Assembly (NCBI GenBank): GCA_024275145.1
Contig: JAJRZR010000044.1
Span: 863-64,862 of the forward strand
Direction of reading: 5' to 3'
Source: Deltaproteobacteria bacterium
Lineage (GTDB): Bacteria > Desulfobacterota > Dissulfuribacteria > Dissulfuribacterales > QOAL01
Length of the DNA: 64,000 nt
Part shown: piece after piece, positions 46,255 through 57,232 of the stretch
Layout of the letters: every line of letters begins with the position of its first letter
Numbering within the stretch: position 1 is the first letter of the stretch
Made by a program: the position numbers and the translations under genes
Notes under the pieces: generated by a model
Seen by the model: only the letters and a program-made list of their open reading frames with translations
What the model was told of the DNA's origin: nothing
Databases searched by the model: none

Positions 46255-47625
46255 CTATTGCTCAGTTTCCTGGGAGAGGTTTGCAAAGCTGGAATATCTC
46301 GCAATAAACGCAAGGCTTACCACGCCGGTAGGACCATTTCTTTGCTTGGCAACGATTATCTCTGCTCTCCCACGATTTGGGTTGTCTTCTGAGCGGTTGT
46401 ATACCTCGTCCCGATATATGAATGCTATTATGTCGGCATCCTGTTCGATAGCCCCTGATTCTCTGAGGTCAGACATCTGGGGGCGCTTGTTGGGTCTGTC
46501 TTCGACCTTGCGGTTGAGCTGGGAAAGGGCCACGACCGGCACGCTAAGCTCCTTTGCCATGGCCTTGAGGGATCGCGATATCTCTGATATCTCCTGCTCC
46601 CGCCGTTCAGCGCCTCCCCTGCCCCTCATCAACTGAAGGTAATCGACAAAGACCAGCCCCAGGTTGTGCTCACTCTTGAGCCTTCTTGACTTGGCCCGCA
46701 TCTCCAGCACAGAGAGCGCGGGTGTATCATCTATGAAGATTGGGGCCTGGGATAGGTTGTTGGCAGCGGCTATGAGCTTTGGCCAATCCCTGTCGCTCAG
46801 GAATCCGGTTCGGACCTTCTGTGCATCTATCATTGCCTCCGAACACAGCATTCTCAAGGCCAGCTGTTCCTTGGACATCTCCAGGGAGAAAAAGGCGACC
46901 GAGATTCCCTGGGTTACCCCGACATGTTGGGCGATGTTGAGGGCGAAGGCCGTCTTACCCATGCTAGGTCGTCCAGCTATGATGATGAGATCAGAGGGCT
47001 GGAAGCCCGCGGTCATTTTATCCAGATCCGAAAACCCTGAGGGGACCCCGGTAATAAGCTCCTTGCGTTCAAAGAGGTCCTCTACCTTTTTGATGCTCTC
47101 CTTTAACACGCCGCGTAGGGTGTGAAAGGATTGCTTTATCTTTGACTGCGAGATGTCAAAGATAGAGGCCTCGGCGTTTTACAGTATTTCATCCACATCG
47201 CCCGCCTCTTCATAGCACATCTGGGCAATGTCCGAACTCTTTTGTATGAGGCGTCTCAATACCGCCTTGTCCCTTACAATCTTTGCATAGTAACCTATGT
47301 TCGAGGCCACTGGCATGGTTTCTGCCAGCTCTGCCAGATAGGCGGCCCCACCTATTGCCTCAAGTTTGCCCTTTGTCTTGAGGGCGCTGCCTACAGTTAC
47401 TAGATCCTGTGGCTCGTTTCTGTCGAACAGCTCCAGTATGACGGAATATATTATCCCATGGGCCTCCTTATAAAAGTCCTCGGGCCTCAAGAGTTCTATG
47501 ACCTTGAGGAGAGCGCGATCTTCGGTGAGGATTCCCCCAAGCACACATTGCTCTGCCTCCAGGCTTTGGGGCGGGATACGGTAATCTGCAATATCCTTCG
47601 CCGATTTGCGACGTGATAGAGCCAT
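46255..47625 (-). pseudogene. dnaB: Replicative DNA helicase DnaB interrupted by a single in-frame TAA (47179-47181)
   Basis: N-terminal ORF PPQSLEAEQCVLGGIL...DEIL, then TAA, then the same frame continues NAEASIFDISQSKIKQSFHTLRGVLKE... into the RecA-like domain (GRPSMGKTAF). Confidence 0.9.
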
Positions 47626-47724
47626 TTGAAGGTTACTTCTGGGGCACTCTTGATGCCCTACTTTTCATATCAGGTATATATGGCAGCGTAAACAAGGAAC
47701 GTATGAGGATTTTCGGCAGGGGTA

Positions 47725-48171
47725 TTACCCCTCGGCTACTATTTTGACCATTACTGTGGCGGTGACATCCGGGCTGAGCTTCACAGGTACCTCAAATTCA
47801 CCTAGCGATTTAATCGGCTCCTCCAGTTGAATCTTTTTCTTGTCCACATTGTAGCCATGTTCCTCGATAGCCCTTGCGATATCCATGCTGGTAACCGATC
47901 CGTATAGCCTGTCCTCTTCGCCGACCTTTACCGGGATCCTCAGATCAAGCCCTGCAAGTTGATTTGCCAGGGCCTCGAATTCCTCCTTTTGCTTAGCAGC
48001 CTTGGCCAGAATAAGTGCCCTCTGCCGTTCCATCTGGGCCACATTTTTTCTGTCTGCGATCAATGCCTTACCCTTAGGAAGCAGGTAGTTCCTGGCATAG
48101 CCAGCAGCTACCTTGACGATGTCTCCAGCCTTTCCCAGGGAAGGGATGGTTTCATTCAATATTATTTCCAT
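47725..48171 (-). CDS. rplI: 50S ribosomal protein L9
   Basis: MEIILNETIPSLGKAGDIVKVAAGYARNYLLPKG. Confidence 0.95.
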   Translation of the reverse strand: MEIILNETIPSLGKAGDIVKVAAGYARNYLLPKGKALIADRKNVAQMERQRALILAKAAKQKEEFEALANQLAGLDLRIPVKVGEEDRLYGSVTSMDIARAIEEHGYNVDKKKIQLEEPIKSLGEFEVPVKLSPDVTATVMVKIVAEG

Positions 48172-48331
48172 CTAAACACCTCCAGGCATTTTTTGTTAAC
48201 AATTGATTTCATCCGTAGTAGCGGGTCATTGATACACAAGGCACCCTGCAAAACTCCTCTTTACAGAGGCCTATCAAACCCTCATGCAGGCCGCGCTTCT
48301 GGCGTCACCGGGCATGAAAATACTGTTATGA

Positions 48332-49321
48332 TCACCCTTGTTCCTCGTCTTTTTGGCCAAGTTTTCGAATCCTTTTCCGAAAATCAAACCAGGTGTCCAG
48401 CAGCCCCAATATGGAAATTCCCAATAGACCATACCACTGTATCCCAAGCAATATGTAAGTAAACCACTTCAAATAGACCGGGACCTTCAGATGGCGAAAC
48501 AGGTAGCCCATTATGGCCAGTCCCTGTAGGAAATATACCGCACCAAGGAAGAGCAGGAGATTATCACCGGCCTGTTTCCAGATACCGTATCCGAAAAGTG
48601 ATATGCCTCCCCCGGCTATGACACCCCATATCAGGCCTTCCGGGAACCTCCAATCGGTAAAATCCGGTCCAAAAGGGCTATAGTGCCAGCGTTTCCGAAA
48701 GCAGATTCTGGCGGTCATCATGTTGGTGAGAGCTGAAAACAGGAAGACTATGGAGAGCAGGCCGGGAAGTAGCCGGATCACCAGGTTCTTGAACTCGGCA
48801 AACCATGCGTCAAGTGCCGCGGCGTCAAAGGGGGAGCCTTCCTTATAGGCGGCAAGTCCCCTGTCGAAATCCTGGGATATTGAGCCGACCAGTTTGTGAT
48901 AGGCCTCTGACAGACCTGTCCCGGTACCCAAGGTAAGGGAAATCAAAAAGACAAAGGTCAAAAGCGCCAGGCCTGCCACTAGGGTCTGTGTTCCAGCCCA
49001 GTTCTTACCCTTGGCGATAATCAGCACTGCGGCAAGTCCGGCGGCCTGGAAAAGCCATCCGAGACCCATGGTATGCCCCATAATAATCGTAAGAGCAGAG
49101 CCTGCCGCAAGGATTATTACAAGGCCGGTCAAGGCCATACCCATGCTCAGCAAACCAAGGCTACACGCTATGAGTCCGGGGAACACCAGTTGCCCAAAGA
49201 TTTCCATCCCTGGCAACGCAAGCGGCAGGAACAGCAGCAACACGGCGATCCCCAATCCAGGCATCTGTTTGTCATGCCGCGGTATCTTGGGGCCTTCACC
49301 CCTGTCTTTTTTGCTAAGCAC
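48332..49321 (-). CDS. DUF2232-like polytopic membrane protein (rpsR-rplI linked)
   Basis: 329 aa, many helices. Occupies the conserved position between rpsR and rplI. Confidence 0.5.
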   Translation of the reverse strand: MLSKKDRGEGPKIPRHDKQMPGLGIAVLLLFLPLALPGMEIFGQLVFPGLIACSLGLLSMGMALTGLVIILAAGSALTIIMGHTMGLGWLFQAAGLAAVLIIAKGKNWAGTQTLVAGLALLTFVFLISLTLGTGTGLSEAYHKLVGSISQDFDRGLAAYKEGSPFDAAALDAWFAEFKNLVIRLLPGLLSIVFLFSALTNMMTARICFRKRWHYSPFGPDFTDWRFPEGLIWGVIAGGGISLFGYGIWKQAGDNLLLFLGAVYFLQGLAIMGYLFRHLKVPVYLKWFTYILLGIQWYGLLGISILGLLDTWFDFRKRIRKLGQKDEEQG

Positions 49322-49518
49322 CTAAACTTTCATGCCTGCCAAGCCCTTGTACAGGCACCCCTGGACATGAAAAAATACAGCCTCGATGGAGGATGCATTT
49401 TCACGGTAATAATTGATACTGGAGCACGGCCACATGGTCCGTAACCGTATGCCTGTCAGGAATCTTACATACCTTTCAGCAACAACCTGTAATCAGTTAA
49501 GCCATACATGCTACGGAC

Positions 49519-49788
49519 TCAGCCTTGTTGAAGGGCATGCCCGGACGTGAAAGGCATGAGTGCCATTATCCTTGCCTTTTTTATGGCATTGGTGAGCTTT
49601 CTTTGATGCCTGGCACATGTGCCGGTCACCCTTCTTGGCAGGATCTTGCCCCTTTCGGTAACGAAATGCCCCAGTAATTGAGAGTCCTTGAAGTCGAGGA
49701 CGATTGATTTGTCGGCACAAAAACGGCAAACCTTACGACGGACATATATTCTGCGTCTCCTTGGACGCCTGGTGGGTGTATGCTGCAT
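49519..49788 (-). CDS. rpsR: 30S ribosomal protein S18
   Basis: CRFC...[30 protein letters not shown]. Confidence 0.95.
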   Translation of the reverse strand: MQHTPTRRPRRRRIYVRRKVCRFCADKSIVLDFKDSQLLGHFVTERGKILPRRVTGTCARHQRKLTNAIKKARIMALMPFTSGHALQQG

Positions 49789-49809
49789 TATTCCCGCTCC
49801 TTCCTGTCT

Positions 49810-50181
49810 TTATGTTCCTTCACCCTGCTCCTCTGGGGTCGAGCCGGTTTCGGTTTCCTTGGCCTGGGCAATCTTTGCAGGATCAAACTTGTCAGACAAC
49901 TTTGTGGTGATGAATTTCAACACACCTTCATCTAGGCGCAGATTCCTGGTCAATTCTGCAACAGTAGAAGCCTTGGCCCCGTATTCGAGGACCACGTAAT
50001 AACCATGGGTCTGTTTTTGAACTGCGTATGCCAGTTTTTTGAGGGGCCAAGGATCCACTTTTATGATCTGGCCATCGTCAGAGACGATAATATCCTGTAA
50101 CTTGTTGTTGGTCTTCTCCCGTTGTTCATCATTGAGATCAGGATGGAGGAGATAAAAGGTCTCGTAATGCCGCAATTTCAT
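49810..50181 (-). CDS. rpsF: 30S ribosomal protein S6
   Basis: MKLRHYETFYLLHPDL...WPLKKLAY. Confidence 0.93.
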   Translation of the reverse strand: MKLRHYETFYLLHPDLNDEQREKTNNKLQDIIVSDDGQIIKVDPWPLKKLAYAVQKQTHGYYVVLEYGAKASTVAELTRNLRLDEGVLKFITTKLSDKFDPAKIAQAKETETGSTPEEQGEGT

Positions 50182-50514
50182 AATGTGGCCTCCTTTCGGT
50201 CATTTTCTTCTGGCCAGGCGAATTTCACGGGACAGAAATTCGGTATGGCAAGGAGGATTAAATGTGAGGCCTTTAATTACATCACGGGAGACGGCCAGTC
50301 AAGGGTCAAATCTGCATCCCGGAACCGGCTGTGGTACGTTGTGTCCTTGTTTTTTTGACAGGATGCGCTTGGCAGATTACTTGCTCTGTCCCCTTGTATG
50401 ACCTATTTTTATTTAAACAGTAGCTTGTTCGGTCAGGTCCGGCCGTTTCCCGATGCTGCCTTTTTGCTTTGAAGGTTTCTGACCGGTTTGCGCAAGAACA
50501 CATGGAGGATTGGA

Positions 50515-50949
50515 ATGGCTATTATCAAGATCCGCGTACAACGTGCCCCGAGGCGCCTTGAGGACAGGCTGAGATGCCTGGTAGACGATATGCTGTTGTT
50601 CAACCAACCGGTTGCCCTTTGCGATGGCAGTTGGGTACCTTCCTTGGATGTCTATGAAAGCAAGGATGCCGTGTACCTGGTCTTCGATGCCGCTGGTATT
50701 GAGAAAGAGAGCTTGGAGCTTGTTGTAGAGGGCCAGGTGATACGCATTACCGGACAGAGGAATTCCCCAGTGGCGCTCAGGCAGAAGAGGTATCTTCAGA
50801 TGGAGATCGAATACGGTCCGTTTGAACGGACTGTGCGAATCCCCGTAGCATTCGATCCGGACGAGGTTGATGCGAGGTATGAAAATGGCATGTTAGTCGT
50901 GCGCCTTAATAAGAGGCCAAACGATGCGGTGACTGTAAAGATAACATAG
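50515..50949 (+). CDS. Hsp20/alpha-crystallin family small heat-shock protein
   Basis: WVPSLDVYESKDAVYLVFDAAGI...FERTVRIP...ARYENGMLVVRL. GGAGGA RBS before the ATG at 50515. Confidence 0.85.
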   Translation: MAIIKIRVQRAPRRLEDRLRCLVDDMLLFNQPVALCDGSWVPSLDVYESKDAVYLVFDAAGIEKESLELVVEGQVIRITGQRNSPVALRQKRYLQMEIEYGPFERTVRIPVAFDPDEVDARYENGMLVVRLNKRPNDAVTVKIT

Positions 50950-51068
50950 GCCCTCTGAATTCCCTGCTTTGTCCATACAGGGAGGTATTGCTGCCCGGTT
51001 GACATTAGACCCTGTGAATTCTTGTTTGGCAGAATATTTCGGAGGTCTCAATTCAATAGAGGTCTGAC

Positions 51069-53453
51069 ATGGAAAACGTTTTAGATACAAAAGAAAAGGC
51101 GCAACAGAATACTGTGCGTGAGCTTCCGGTACTACCCAGCAAGGACGTGGTGCTTTTCCCCCACATGGTAGTGCCCTGGGTCATAGAGCCTCCCAATCTG
51201 GTTAAGATGATAGACGATGCCCTGGCAACGGACAGGACCATTGCAGTGGTTGCTGTAAAGGGAGAGGCGGAAACCGGTGAGCCAGAGCTCTATGGCGTAG
51301 GAACCATAGGCCTGATTCTCCGTATGGCCAAGAACGAACAGGGGCATGCAAAATTGATAGTCCAGGGGGTTACCAGGGTCAGAATACTGGAGATCACCGG
51401 CAAGGAGCCATATATAAAGGCAAGGATCGAGCCGGTACAGGACGAATTGACCCATGACATGGAGACCCAGGCCCTGGTGGTAAATATACGCCAGGTCTTT
51501 TCCAAGGTACTTGAACTATCTCCAAACCTTCCAAAGGAGTTGGCAGCGGTCGTCATGAATATAGATGATCCAAGGGTCCTGGCAGATATCGTGGTGAGCC
51601 ACCTGAATATATCCATTGAGGAAAAGCAATCCGTGTTGGAGACCTTGGATGTCAAGAAACGTCTTCAGATAGCCTTCAGGATATTGTCGGAGCAGCTTGA
51701 AATCCTTGAACTGGGCTACAAGATCCAGTCTCAGGTCAAGGACCAGGTAGACAAGACCCAGAAGGAATATTACCTGCGTGAGCAACTCAAGGCCATCCAG
51801 AAGGAATTGGGGGAAGGCGAGGAAAAGCCAGACGAGTTGGCAGAACTTAAAGAGAAGCTCGAAGCAAGAAACCTGCCGGAGGACGCCAGGGAGGAGGCTG
51901 AACGGGAGCTTCAGAGACTTGCCAGGATGCACCCCTCGTCATCGGAGTATACTGTTGCCAGGACCTATCTCGATTGGATCCTAGAACTTCCGTGGGATAA
52001 ACATACTGAGGACCACCTGGACCTCGACAAGGCAGAGAAGATTTTGAATAGGGATCACTATGACCTTGAAAAGATCAAGAAGCGTATACTCGAATACCTG
52101 GCTGTCAGAAAGCTTAAGCCAGATGCCCAGGGTCCCATTCTGTGTTTTGTTGGCCCTCCCGGTACAGGCAAGACATCCCTTGGTAGGTCCATCGCCAGTT
52201 CGTTGGGGCGCAAGTTCTACAGGATAGCCCTTGGCGGGGTCAGGGACGAGGCTGAGATAAGAGGGCACCGCAGGACCTATGTCGGGGCCATGCCGGGACG
52301 CATCATCCAGGGACTCAGAAAGGTAGGGGTCAAGAACCCTGTGATCATGCTGGATGAGATCGACAAGATTGGCGCTGATTACCGGGGGGATCCTGCCTCT
52401 GCCCTCCTGGAGGTGCTAGACCCTGAGCAGAATTCCCACTTTACTGACAACTATTTGGGCGTTGAGTTCGATCTGTCCAGGATAATCTTCATAGCCACTG
52501 CCAATATTCTGGACACCATCCCTGGTCCGCTCCTGGACCGTATGGAGGTACTGGAGCTTTCGGGATACACCCTTGAGGAAAAACTGGAGATCGCCAAGAG
52601 GTATCTGATACCAAGACAGCTCGAGGCCAACGGCCTGAACAGGCGCAATCTCACCATAGAGAAGAGGGCGTTGGCAAAGATAATAAGCCTCTATACAAGG
52701 GAGGCTGGCGTCAGAAATCTTGAGCGGCAAATAGCAGCGGTTTGCAGGGTGGTAGCCCGACAAGTGGCCCAGGGTAAGACGGAGAAGGTCGTAGTCAAGT
52801 CCTCCAACCTGGCTGACTTCCTGGGTAAGCCCCGCTATCAACCCGAAGTGGCAGAAAGAACCAGGGTTCCAGGGGTCGCCACCGGCCTTGCCTGGACCCC
52901 TGCCGGCGGCGAGATACTGTTCATAGAGGCTACCAGGATGGACGGCTCCGGGAAGTTGTTGCTTACCGGAAAGCTTGGCGAGGTGATGAAGGAGTCCGCC
53001 CATACCGCTCTGAGTTATATCCGTTCAAAGGCATGTGACCTGAAGATTCCAGTGGATATATTCAAGAGTGACGATATTCATATTCATGTCCCTGCCGGTG
53101 CAATTCCAAAGGATGGCCCTTCTGCAGGCGTGGCGATCTGTGTTGCCTTGGTCTCCCTGTTGACAGGTCAGCCAGTAAGGCCTGATGTGGCCATGACCGG
53201 TGAAATAAGCCTCAGGGGCATTGTATTGCCCGTTGGCGGCATCAAGGAAAAGGTGCTTGCGGCACACAGGGCGGGGATCAGAGAGGTGATACTGCCCAAG
53301 CGTAATGCCAACGACCTGGATGACCTGCCTGAACAGGTGAGGGGGGCCTTGAAGTTTCATCTGGTTTCTCGGGTCGATGAGGCGATTCATATTGTTTTCA
53401 AGGGCAGAAGGAACAGACGGCCCCGTGTTGACACGAAGCGGTGTGTTAGGTAA
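51069..53453 (+). CDS. lon: ATP-dependent Lon protease
   Basis: LON N-domain, GPPGTGKTS Walker A, PKDGPSAG catalytic Ser motif. Confidence 0.95.
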   Translation: MENVLDTKEKAQQNTVRELPVLPSKDVVLFPHMVVPWVIEPPNLVKMIDDALATDRTIAVVAVKGEAETGEPELYGVGTIGLILRMAKNEQGHAKLIVQGVTRVRILEITGKEPYIKARIEPVQDELTHDMETQALVVNIRQVFSKVLELSPNLPKELAAVVMNIDDPRVLADIVVSHLNISIEEKQSVLETLDVKKRLQIAFRILSEQLEILELGYKIQSQVKDQVDKTQKEYYLREQLKAIQKELGEGEEKPDELAELKEKLEARNLPEDAREEAERELQRLARMHPSSSEYTVARTYLDWILELPWDKHTEDHLDLDKAEKILNRDHYDLEKIKKRILEYLAVRKLKPDAQGPILCFVGPPGTGKTSLGRSIASSLGRKFYRIALGGVRDEAEIRGHRRTYVGAMPGRIIQGLRKVGVKNPVIMLDEIDKIGADYRGDPASALLEVLDPEQNSHFTDNYLGVEFDLSRIIFIATANILDTIPGPLLDRMEVLELSGYTLEEKLEIAKRYLIPRQLEANGLNRRNLTIEKRALAKIISLYTREAGVRNLERQIAAVCRVVARQVAQGKTEKVVVKSSNLADFLGKPRYQPEVAERTRVPGVATGLAWTPAGGEILFIEATRMDGSGKLLLTGKLGEVMKESAHTALSYIRSKACDLKIPVDIFKSDDIHIHVPAGAIPKDGPSAGVAICVALVSLLTGQPVRPDVAMTGEISLRGIVLPVGGIKEKVLAAHRAGIREVILPKRNANDLDDLPEQVRGALKFHLVSRVDEAIHIVFKGRRNRRPRVDTKRCVR

Positions 53454-53646
53454 CATTAACGGATTTCCTGGATTTTGGGCCATTAACTTCATGATCTTTC
53501 AGGCTATCCATGTTAAGGGGATATCTCTAAAAAGTGTATGATCATGGGGAGAACTGTTGTTAAGCATCTCCATGCCCGGGTTGTGTGTAGCAATGTCCAG
53601 GGGTATCTCGAATATCAGGGCTGCATGAAGGCCTGGCAGGTAAACA

Positions 53647-54981
53647 ATGTTTGATTCGCTAAGTGACCGCCTGAATTCTGTTTTTAAACGGCTTAAAAGC
53701 CACGGTAAGCTCTCGGAGCAGGATATAAAAGAGGGCCTGCGTGAGGTACGTCTGGCATTGCTTGAGGCGGACGTGAATTACAAGGTGGTAAAGGATTTCG
53801 TGGCCAGGGTAAGGAGCAGGGCCACCGGCCACGAGGTAATGGATAGCCTTACCCCTGGCCAACAGGTGGTCAAGATTGTCCATGAAGAACTCATAAATCT
53901 CCTTGGGAAACACAATCAGCAGATAAATCTTGCCGGTCATCAGCCAGCGGTCATTCTGTTGGTTGGTTTGCAGGGATCTGGCAAGACTACTACCGCTGCA
54001 AAACTTGCAAGATGGTTGAAAAAAAGAGGGAGAAAGCCCTATCTGGCCCCAGCAGATGTATACAGGCCAGCGGCCATAGAACAGTTGACCACCCTGGGAA
54101 AGCAGATTTCGATTCCGGTCTTTCCCTCGGAAGGTTCCATGAATCCGGTAGATATCGCACGGCAGGCGGTCGCCAGGGCGGGCATGTCCAATCTTGACAC
54201 GGTGATCCTCGATACCGCTGGACGTCTCCATGTGGACGAGGAACTGATGGGCGAACTCAAGGAGATCAAGGCGGTGGTCGATCCGCAGGAGATTCTTCTT
54301 GTGGCAGATGCCATGACCGGACAGGATGCGGTCAATATTGCAAAAAAATTTGATGAGGATCTCGCCATAACCGGCGTAGTCCTCACGAAGCTGGAGGGCG
54401 ATGCCAGGGGTGGGGCCGCCCTTTCCATCCAGGCGGTGACCGGCAAACCCATAAAACTTGTGGGGGTTGGGGAAAAGTTGAATGCCCTGGAGCCCTTTCA
54501 CCCTGACAGGATAGCCAGCAGGATCCTTGGAATGGGGGATGTGCTTACCCTTATTGAAAAGGCCCAGGACAGCATGGACCGTGGAAAGGCCCTGGAGCTT
54601 CAACGTAAGTTGAAAAGGGATGCCTTTACCCTGGAAGACTTCAAGGATCAATTGGTCCAGATAAGGAAAATGGGCAGCCTGGAACAGATAATATCCATGA
54701 TTCCAGGGCTCAACAAGATGAAGAAGAGGCTCAAGGGGGCCATGCCGGATGAAAGGGAATTCGTCAAGATCGAGGCGATCATTAATTCTATGACCCCCCT
54801 TGAGCGAAGAAAATATACCATTATAAATGCAAGCAGGCGCAGGAGGATCGCCAAGGGTAGTGGTACCACGGTTCAGGATGTAAACCAGTTGCTGAAAAAT
54901 TACTCTGAGATGAACAAGATGTTCAAAAAGATGCGAAAGGGCAAATTCAAGCAGTTCCCAAAGGGTCTCCTGCCCTTTTGA
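53647..54981 (+). CDS. ffh: Signal recognition particle protein Ffh
   Basis: MFDSLSDRL, GLQGSGKTTT, DTAGRL, Met-rich M domain. Confidence 0.95.
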   Translation: MFDSLSDRLNSVFKRLKSHGKLSEQDIKEGLREVRLALLEADVNYKVVKDFVARVRSRATGHEVMDSLTPGQQVVKIVHEELINLLGKHNQQINLAGHQPAVILLVGLQGSGKTTTAAKLARWLKKRGRKPYLAPADVYRPAAIEQLTTLGKQISIPVFPSEGSMNPVDIARQAVARAGMSNLDTVILDTAGRLHVDEELMGELKEIKAVVDPQEILLVADAMTGQDAVNIAKKFDEDLAITGVVLTKLEGDARGGAALSIQAVTGKPIKLVGVGEKLNALEPFHPDRIASRILGMGDVLTLIEKAQDSMDRGKALELQRKLKRDAFTLEDFKDQLVQIRKMGSLEQIISMIPGLNKMKKRLKGAMPDEREFVKIEAIINSMTPLERRKYTIINASRRRRIAKGSGTTVQDVNQLLKNYSEMNKMFKKMRKGKFKQFPKGLLPF

Positions 54982-55109
54982 GCTTAATGCATGGTTTGTA
55001 AGGGTACTTTCAGGCATGAAAGAATACCACCTGGAGGGGAAAGTTTTTCAACAACGGGATCATTATCCCATGGAAATTTCTGGAAAACGTTTAAACATGG
55101 AGGACTATA

Positions 55110-55370
55110 ATGGCAATCAAGATACGTTTGACAAGGGGAGGCCGTAAGAAAAGGCCTTTTTACCGGATAGTTGCGGCAAACTCCGGTGCAAAGAGGGATG
55201 GCAGGTTCCTTGAGATTCTAGGAACGTATGATCCCTTGAAGGATCCGGCAGAGGTAAGGATCAACAGGCAAAAACTTGATAAGTGGCTGAGCCGTGGAGC
55301 GAAACCTTCCGACACGGTAAGGAGTATTTTGTCTAGGGCCTCTCAGGATTCTACGGTAGCTACTGGTTAG
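55110..55370 (+). CDS. rpsP: 30S ribosomal protein S16
   Basis: [21 protein letters not shown]. Confidence 0.95.
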   Translation: MAIKIRLTRGGRKKRPFYRIVAANSGAKRDGRFLEILGTYDPLKDPAEVRINRQKLDKWLSRGAKPSDTVRSILSRASQDSTVATG

Positions 55371-55741
55371 GTAATTCTTTGTGTACCTTGAGCCGTGTTG
55401 ATTTAATTATGCGGTGTCGAGCTGATTGATCCGACACCTAGGTATCCATCTTGGTTGTGGACGGATACCCACAGTCTGCCAGGCTTTTTGCGTGTAACAA
55501 GTGGAGTAGGTTGCAGGGTCCGGATGATCCTGAGGCTTCTTGATTTGTTATGGGAAAATATTCCCCTATTATCAGGATGTATTTTCATGCCCAGGCATAC
55601 GGGCTGCAAGAAGGTTTGCCATAAATACATTCTCACATCGGGGCTGTATTTTACGCTCAGGGTGTGGCCTGATTGTAGGGCCGCACGAAGATTTGGGTAG
55701 GGGTTATGCTGCTAGCAGGGCTTAACCGTGGAGGTGAGACT

Positions 55742-55972
55742 ATGAGGGAACTGGTGGAGTATATTGCAAAGGCGCTGGTAGATAATCCAGAGGCTGTAGA
55801 GGTTGAAGAGATCGAAGGTAAGCAGACCTCTGTCATAGAACTCAAGGTGGCCAAGGAGGACCTGGGCAAGATAATCGGCAGGCAGGGCCGTACCGCCAGG
55901 GCCATGAGGACCATATTGAACGCGGCGTCCACCAAGTTGAACAAGCGTTCCGTCCTGGAGATTCTTGAATAG
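55742..55972 (+). CDS. KH-domain RNA-binding protein (YlqC/UPF0109)
   Basis: [18 protein letters not shown]...[30 protein letters not shown] before the ATG at 55742. Confidence 0.85.
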   Translation: MRELVEYIAKALVDNPEAVEVEEIEGKQTSVIELKVAKEDLGKIIGRQGRTARAMRTILNAASTKLNKRSVLEILE

Positions 55973-55977
55973 GAAGT

Positions 55978-56508
55978 GTGGATGGGGAAAAAGATGGACT
56001 TGTAGCCTTGGGAAGGATTTCAAGGCCTCATGGCGTAAGGGGAGAGGTCCAGGTCTATCCCTATTCTGGGCCGGAATCTATTGCAGGTATTCGGGAAATC
56101 CATCTTCGCCATATCACCGGCAGGTCGAGTACCCATAGGGTCCTTAGATCAAGGATCAAGGGGCCGAAGGCCGTAATACTATCCCTGGACGGCATAACGG
56201 ACAGGGATAAGGCTGAGGAAATGCGGGGTGCCGAGATCCTCGTTCCAAGACGATCCCTTACAAGGTCAGAAGGGGAATATTTTTGGTATGAGCTTGAGGG
56301 GTTGGAGGTAGTTACCCAGGACGGCAAGTCCCTGGGTGTCATACGGGAAATTATCGAGACAGGGGCAAACGATGTCCTCGTCGTACAGGGTCCCCGGGGT
56401 GAAGTCCTGCTACCGGTCATCGAGGAGGTGATAAGGCAGGTGGATATCGAAAGGGGAACCTGTACGGTGGAGCCTTTGCCCGGCCTTCTGGAAATCTATG
56501 ATCTTTGA
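55978..56508 (+). CDS. rimM: Ribosome maturation factor RimM
   Basis: [19 protein letters not shown]... PRC-barrel C-terminus. Confidence 0.9.
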   Translation: MDGEKDGLVALGRISRPHGVRGEVQVYPYSGPESIAGIREIHLRHITGRSSTHRVLRSRIKGPKAVILSLDGITDRDKAEEMRGAEILVPRRSLTRSEGEYFWYELEGLEVVTQDGKSLGVIREIIETGANDVLVVQGPRGEVLLPVIEEVIRQVDIERGTCTVEPLPGLLEIYDL

Positions 56509-57232
56509 CATACTTACCATTTTCCCTGATTTTTTCCGTTCCCCCCTTGAAGGAGGGATATTGCGCCGTGGCATAGAGGCTGGACTGATTTCGGTAAATC
56601 CTGTCAACCTCAGGGACTTCACGTCTGACCGCCACAGAACCGTTGACGACAGGCCATTTGGAGGCGGTGAGGGGATGGTGATGAAACCCGAGCCGATATT
56701 AAAGGCCCTCGACTCACTGCAGATATCACCCCTTGATGCCAAGGTGATCCTGATGAGTCCCAGGGGAAGGGTGTTCAATCAATCCATTGCGGCGGAGCTT
56801 TCGGTGGAAAGACGCCTGGTCATAATTTGCGGCAGATACGAAGGGGTGGATCAAAGGATCTCCGATCACTGTGTGGATATGGAGTTGTCGATAGGGGATT
56901 ACGTATTGTCAGGAGGAGAAGCCGCTGCCCTGGTGGTGATGGAGGCAGTCGGTCGGCTGATTCCAGGGGTCCTCGGTTGTGAGGATTCGGCCCGCAACGA
57001 TTCCTTCAGTAATGGAATCCTTGAATATCCCCAGTATACACGTCCCAGGAGGTTTAGAGGTTGGGAAGTCCCCCCGGTGCTTCTTTCGGGTGATCATGCT
57101 GCAATAGCCAGATGGCGCCGCCGTGAGGCATTAAAGGCAACCTTGCGCCGTCGTCCGGACCTGCTTGGAAAGGCCAAACTCGATCCAGAAGACCTGAGGC
57201 TTCTGGATGGGCTGAAGGAGGAGAGGCCCTGA
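56498..57232 (+). CDS. trmD: tRNA (guanine37-N1)-methyltransferase
   Basis: [44 protein letters not shown]. Confidence 0.95.
   Translation: MIFDILTIFPDFFRSPLEGGILRRGIEAGLISVNPVNLRDFTSDRHRTVDDRPFGGGEGMVMKPEPILKALDSLQISPLDAKVILMSPRGRVFNQSIAAELSVERRLVIICGRYEGVDQRISDHCVDMELSIGDYVLSGGEAAALVVMEAVGRLIPGVLGCEDSARNDSFSNGILEYPQYTRPRRFRGWEVPPVLLSGDHAAIARWRRREALKATLRRRPDLLGKAKLDPEDLRLLDGLKEERP

Noticed and set aside
47179-47181. Stop-codon recoding (selenocysteine, pyrrolysine or reassigned TAA) to explain the dnaB interruption
   Set aside because: The codon is TAA, not TGA or TAG. TAA also terminates other well-delimited genes in the window (e.g. at 5085 and 22421).
53659-55017. 452-aa ORF on the minus strand (also 37088-37930, 280 aa; 39100-39494; 17694-18305)
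   Set aside because: These lie fully antisense to strongly supported genes (ffh, M50 protease/trpS, scpA, M16 peptidase). Their translations are low-complexity with no motifs. They are shadow ORFs.
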